DNA of 64,000 bases from the NCBI RefSeq assembly GCF_009914755.1, contig NC_060931.1. One strand, given 5' to 3'. The position numbers and the translations under genes are program-made. Below are positions 58,516-64,000 of the stretch, piece after piece. The notes under the pieces were generated by a model. That model worked only from the letters and a program-made list of their open reading frames with translations. It searched no databases and was not told where the DNA came from. The stretch comes from the human T2T-CHM13v2.0 reference genome, Homo sapiens. The stretch's first letter is position 1, and the number at the start of each line of letters is the position of its first letter.

Positions 58516-58590
58516 ATTTATGGTGGATTATTTTCTGAAGATCAGTGTTGGTACAGATGCAAAGTACTGAAAATCATCAGCGTTGAAAAG
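58516..58590 (+). CDS. STK31: STK31 coding exon 5 (IYGGLFSEDQCWYRCKVLKIISVEK), GC donor
   Basis: Strong acceptor cttttctctttgtag|; AAG|gcagga; read-through hits TAA after 3 codons. Confidence 0.88.
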
Positions 58591-58736
58591 GCAGGAAATT
58601 AAGTGTTCAGTTTTTTTTTGCTTTAAGAAATATTTATTGTGGTTCAAAAATTTGATGCTTATTTAGCCCTTCATTGCTTATTCGTAGTACTGATACCTGG
58701 TTCAGTGATTAAAACACAGAAGAAATTAATTGCTAA

Positions 58737-59132
<396 letters not shown>

Positions 59133-59342
59133 TACCTCAGATCTTAATAATTATATTTGGTTCTTGAGTAACTTTTAAATGTTCATTTTATTAAGCTTTA
59201 TAAGTAGGAGAAGAACATTTTGATTGATTCTTCTGAAGTTAGGTATATCTTTTATTTAGTTGATGTGAATATTGTTAATAATAATGATTGGCTTGCCACT
59301 TTCTTATGCCTGGGTTAAATGTGGTGAGTTTTCTTTGTGTTA

Positions 59343-59373
<31 letters not shown>

Positions 59374-60364
59374 TGACATTGTGAATTTGTGGAGGATTTT
59401 TAAGAGGATTTAGGGAGACAGAATTCTGAATAGCTGTTTGGTGACAGTTGCATATTGCAGGCTGGGTGAAAGCACCTCTGTAAGATTTCCTTTGGTGTTT
59501 TTTCTACACCTCCTTTCTGTACTTAAATTATAATATGTATGTTTTTACTGAACCAGGGAAAGTGGTTCAGGATAAAAGAGAAAAAGTTAAAAATATGTAT
59601 GTTTCAGAAATATTTTCTTTGGTGTGATAAGATGCTAAGATGTGACAATTTGATTAATATTCTGAATAGCTTGGTTTAAAAAAATTTCATTTTTTGCTGT
59701 CATAGAAAATGGTTTATTTTAGTGGAATGGAACTTTCTAATTGACCTTTCTCCCATAATTTGACAACTGGAGATGATATTTTACATATGTTTTTCAGTTG
59801 GCTTTAATTTTTTAAATTAAAGGGCAGCATGATGTTTGACCTTGTAATAACTATTTTTCTTTTTTACTTTTTAAACAGATGTAGAGCTGGAGGTAAGGGT
59901 GGTGAATCTGATTAGTTTACATGGTCTACCTGGAGTGAGTTTAATTGTGTCAAAGGAAGTTTGATAACTTTGCCTTTCTTTTCAGATTTTATTCTTTCCA
60001 ACTTGAAATTGAATTGAATGTTGATTGATTTTAACATTAGGAGAAACAGGAGAGGGCTGTAAGCTTCATAGGCTGATGTTTATTTAAAATATCAATTGTC
60101 TAAAAACAAAAAGCACCCTAATGAGAAATGGTACTGTTGGAATTTAACTAGTAACAAGTAAAGAAATCACTGTAATTTCATGGACTGTGGATTTTTTTTT
60201 TATTTTGAAGATATTAGAAATCTGTTTCTGAATGTATTTTGTCATTTTGAGGTAAGAATGCTATTTTGATATACAGGTCATTAACAGAGAGCAGCAAATT
60301 GGTGGTTTCTTTGGAAACATTTAATCTGGGGTCAGTATTCGTATTTGTCTCTTATTTTTTCCAG

Positions 60365-60523
60365 TGTCTGGTGAGGTACATTGACTATGGAAATACTGAA
60401 ATTCTAAATCGATCTGATATAGTTGAAATTCCTTTGGAGCTGCAGTTTTCTAGTGTTGCCAAAAAGTATAAACTTTGGGGACTACACATTCCTTCTGATC
60501 AAGAAGTTACCCAGTTTGATCAG
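60365..60523 (+). CDS. STK31: STK31 coding exon 6 (CLVRYIDYGNTE...VTQFDQ), GC donor
   Basis: ttttttccag| acceptor; CAG|gcaagt; 159 nt, phase 0-0. Confidence 0.9.
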
Positions 60524-60767
60524 GCAAGTCACGTATTTTAAATATTTTTGCTAATGAAAGTAAAACTATGTGCTTGAAACAAAATGTAGGTATAGTTAAA
60601 TCTTACTTTAATATAAAAGTCTGTATAAATTAGTGAAAAATAGGAATTATAATTAGAAAGCAATTATATATTTATGCTCATCTTTGCTAGGTAAACATTG
60701 AACAGATAAGAATGACATACACATATATAATATATGTAAATAGTTTCCTTCTGATGTAAATGTTTAA

Positions 60768-61222
<455 letters not shown>

Positions 61223-62125
61223 TAATTAATCAGATTGTATTATTTTGGCAGAGGCTCATACTGTTTGATGTAATAATTGGCAGTGGATGTTTTGCTTATG
61301 TGGATTCTAGTTTATATTACTTTCCATTGAATTTTGGGTTGGTAACCTAATTCTGGAAGACGTTCGATAATTTCAGGGGTAGTCTTACAGGAATTCTACC
61401 TCTTTTAAAATCTGTTATACAAAGATGATTCTTTTGGTAAATGGTAATGCTGGTGAGAGATATTACATTGGAAAGTAATCAGATTTGTAATTCTTATTTA
61501 TAATAGCAGCTCAAGTAGCTCATGTGGAAAACAGTTTAATCATTGTAAGCATTATAAAGAAATTAATTAAAATTGCCTCTATTTTTCTTTGAGAATCTTG
61601 TAGGTGTGTTGGGTATAGTTTTGTCTGCTATGTAGTTACTTATAAAAAACATTTCTGTACATGAAACTCAGCCTTTCATAAACATGAAATATAGATATTA
61701 TAAAATTACACCCCAAGTTTCTGGTTTAAAATCTAAAGTTTGTTACTTTCTTCTTTAATATAAATGCTTTGACCAAGGTTGGGGAGGCTTGTTTTGGATT
61801 TCTTGCATGCATAAAACTCTAAAATCTTGTTTACGGACCTTAGAATATTATCTGCTCTCACTTTGTTTTACATATAGGGAAATTGTAGTCTAGAATAATT
61901 AAATGACTTCAAGTCGTGAAGCTAACTAGGGAAGAGCTAGGCCTAGAACTCAAGTCTGTTGTTCTTTTCATAGTAAAATGCACAGATTTGTGTTGATTGA
62001 AACACACATGAATCAAGGGGGAAAAAGACATTAAAAAAAGTTAATTTTAGAACTGAATTAATAAACTGCAGCTGAGAATGTTTTTGTATGTTTCAAAGAT
62101 TCTTTATATATGGTACTGTATATAA

Positions 62126-62512
<387 letters not shown>

Positions 62513-63339
62513 TAGTTCAGTAAAAAGATCATTGATTAGAGTTAAGCTAATTGGCACACAATGTTTTCTGGAAAAAAATGAGCTATTCTTGAATAGCTCT
62601 GCTTAGAAAGTCCGTGTTTAGTTATTAATTCTCAGCCCAAAGCTCAACTCTAATCTTCTATATGAAGTCTTTGCTAATACCCACTTACCCGGTCCTCTGT
62701 GGTGTTTTAGTCACTCCGTATATAAAGCCTATAAAGTTGTAATTTTTTCCTCCCCTACAAGCTTAGTGAGTTTGGTAGAGATAAGTATTCACTTTTCTGT
62801 GCCTAATTTCCCTGCCAGGTAGGTGTTAGATGAGCATTAGTTTATCTAACATTTGAATAAATAGATGAACAGCAGGGATTCAGTAACAACACAAATACCT
62901 CCTTCCTTCCCCTTTTCCAGAAGGTGTCCTGGGCACTGAAATTCCTTCACATTTTTTTAACTAACACTTTCACGCTATGCTGCAGCACAGTCAGAATTGA
63001 TGCTCAGAATGGTAGTTTGCTGAAGATCGAGAGAATATTACATTACTAGTCCTACATGCCTGACTTTAAAAATTATATGTAGGGTAAGGGAATGAGAGCT
63101 AGAGCTTGGAATTTGTGTTTAACAATTTAAAGGCCTTTTAGCTTGTTTTCTAATATATACAGGCAGAATTCAGAGGAATAAAGTAGAAAGCAAGTGATCC
63201 TTTCTTGTTTCTGAATGAAGCTTACCAGTTTGGAAAACAGAATGAAATATATTTCTAAAAAGTGACATTCATCTTTTTTAATGATTGAAAGCCTTATGTT
63301 CTAAACCAGTGACCAGATTTATTTTAAAAAGTTAAGTTT

Positions 63340-63590
63340 TGTCCAGTGCGGTGGCTCATGCCTGTAAGCCCAGCACTTTCGGAGGCTGAAGTGGGTGGAT
63401 GGCTTGAGTCCAGGAGTTTGAGACCAGCTTGGGCAACATGGGAAAACCCTGTCTGTATAAAAAATACAAAAAAATTAGCTGGGCATGGTGGCGCATGCCT
63501 GTAGTCCCCGCTACTCAGGAGGCTGAGGTGGGAGGATTGCTTGAGCTTGAGGGGTCAAGGCTGTGAGACCCTGTCTGAAAAAAAAAAGAT
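63340..63590 (+). mobile_element. Alu with internal deletion
   Basis: Alu consensus; TSD taaaa(a)gttaagtttt. Confidence 0.85.
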
Positions 63591-64000
63591 AAAAGTTAAG
63601 TTTTATACCTTTTAAATGCCTAAATATATTTTTTAAGTGCAGGTATATATCTCCAGCTCATAAGGGTTAGTGGAAAATATATTTCTTATGATAAAAATTA
63701 AATGTTTATATGTATTATATATAAAGAGAAAACATACATATTTTTGGTATAGTATTAAAACACCCATGTATCATATACTCTGTCATTCTTTTTGTTAGTT
63801 GGAACTGAGGAAGACTCAGATTTTATTTCAAGTTCAGGGTTCTGTGTTTATGATTATATATGATTCAGGGAGAATCTGTTTGAACCACTTCATACTAATT
63901 GTGATTGGTGACTGTAACTAAAATGAATTTGAATTCAGAGAGAAATCTAAAATTAGATTTCTGCATAAAAATTCTATGCAAGGAGTAATGGACCTTTAGA

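Overview
Human-type (primate) genomic DNA, Alu/L1/LTR-rich, with no prokaryotic features. Two + strand genes were reconstructed exon by exon from splice sites and codon phase. The first is the complete FAM221A (7 coding exons, 11502-33436, 298 aa, Cys/His-rich) behind a CpG-island promoter. The second is the first 6 coding exons of STK31/TDRD8 (41563-60523; Tudor-domain N-terminus, gene runs off the window). STK31 intron 4 holds a minus-strand PCMTD1 pseudogene (3' CDS + 3'UTR) fused directly to an L1PA 5'UTR/ORF1 start, plus a solo ERV LTR with perfect TSDs. Most supplied six-frame ORFs are Alu/L1 translation artefacts. The most interesting candidates, all inferred from motifs and unverified, are: (1) an upstream ATG plus alternative donor in STK31 exon 1 that could switch between a uORF and an in-frame, Arg-rich, presequence-like N-terminus; (2) two consecutive GC donors in STK31 bracketing a 14-nt stop-containing microexon candidate; (3) the L1-PCMTD1 chimera with two-way promoter potential; (4) an alternative FAM221A last exon using an LTR-derived polyA signal; (5) a compact MAX/MGA + E2F6 (PRC1.6-type) motif cluster at the STK31 promoter. 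Gene and repeat-family names come from recognition, not database searches; repeat boundaries are approximate unless TSDs are cited.
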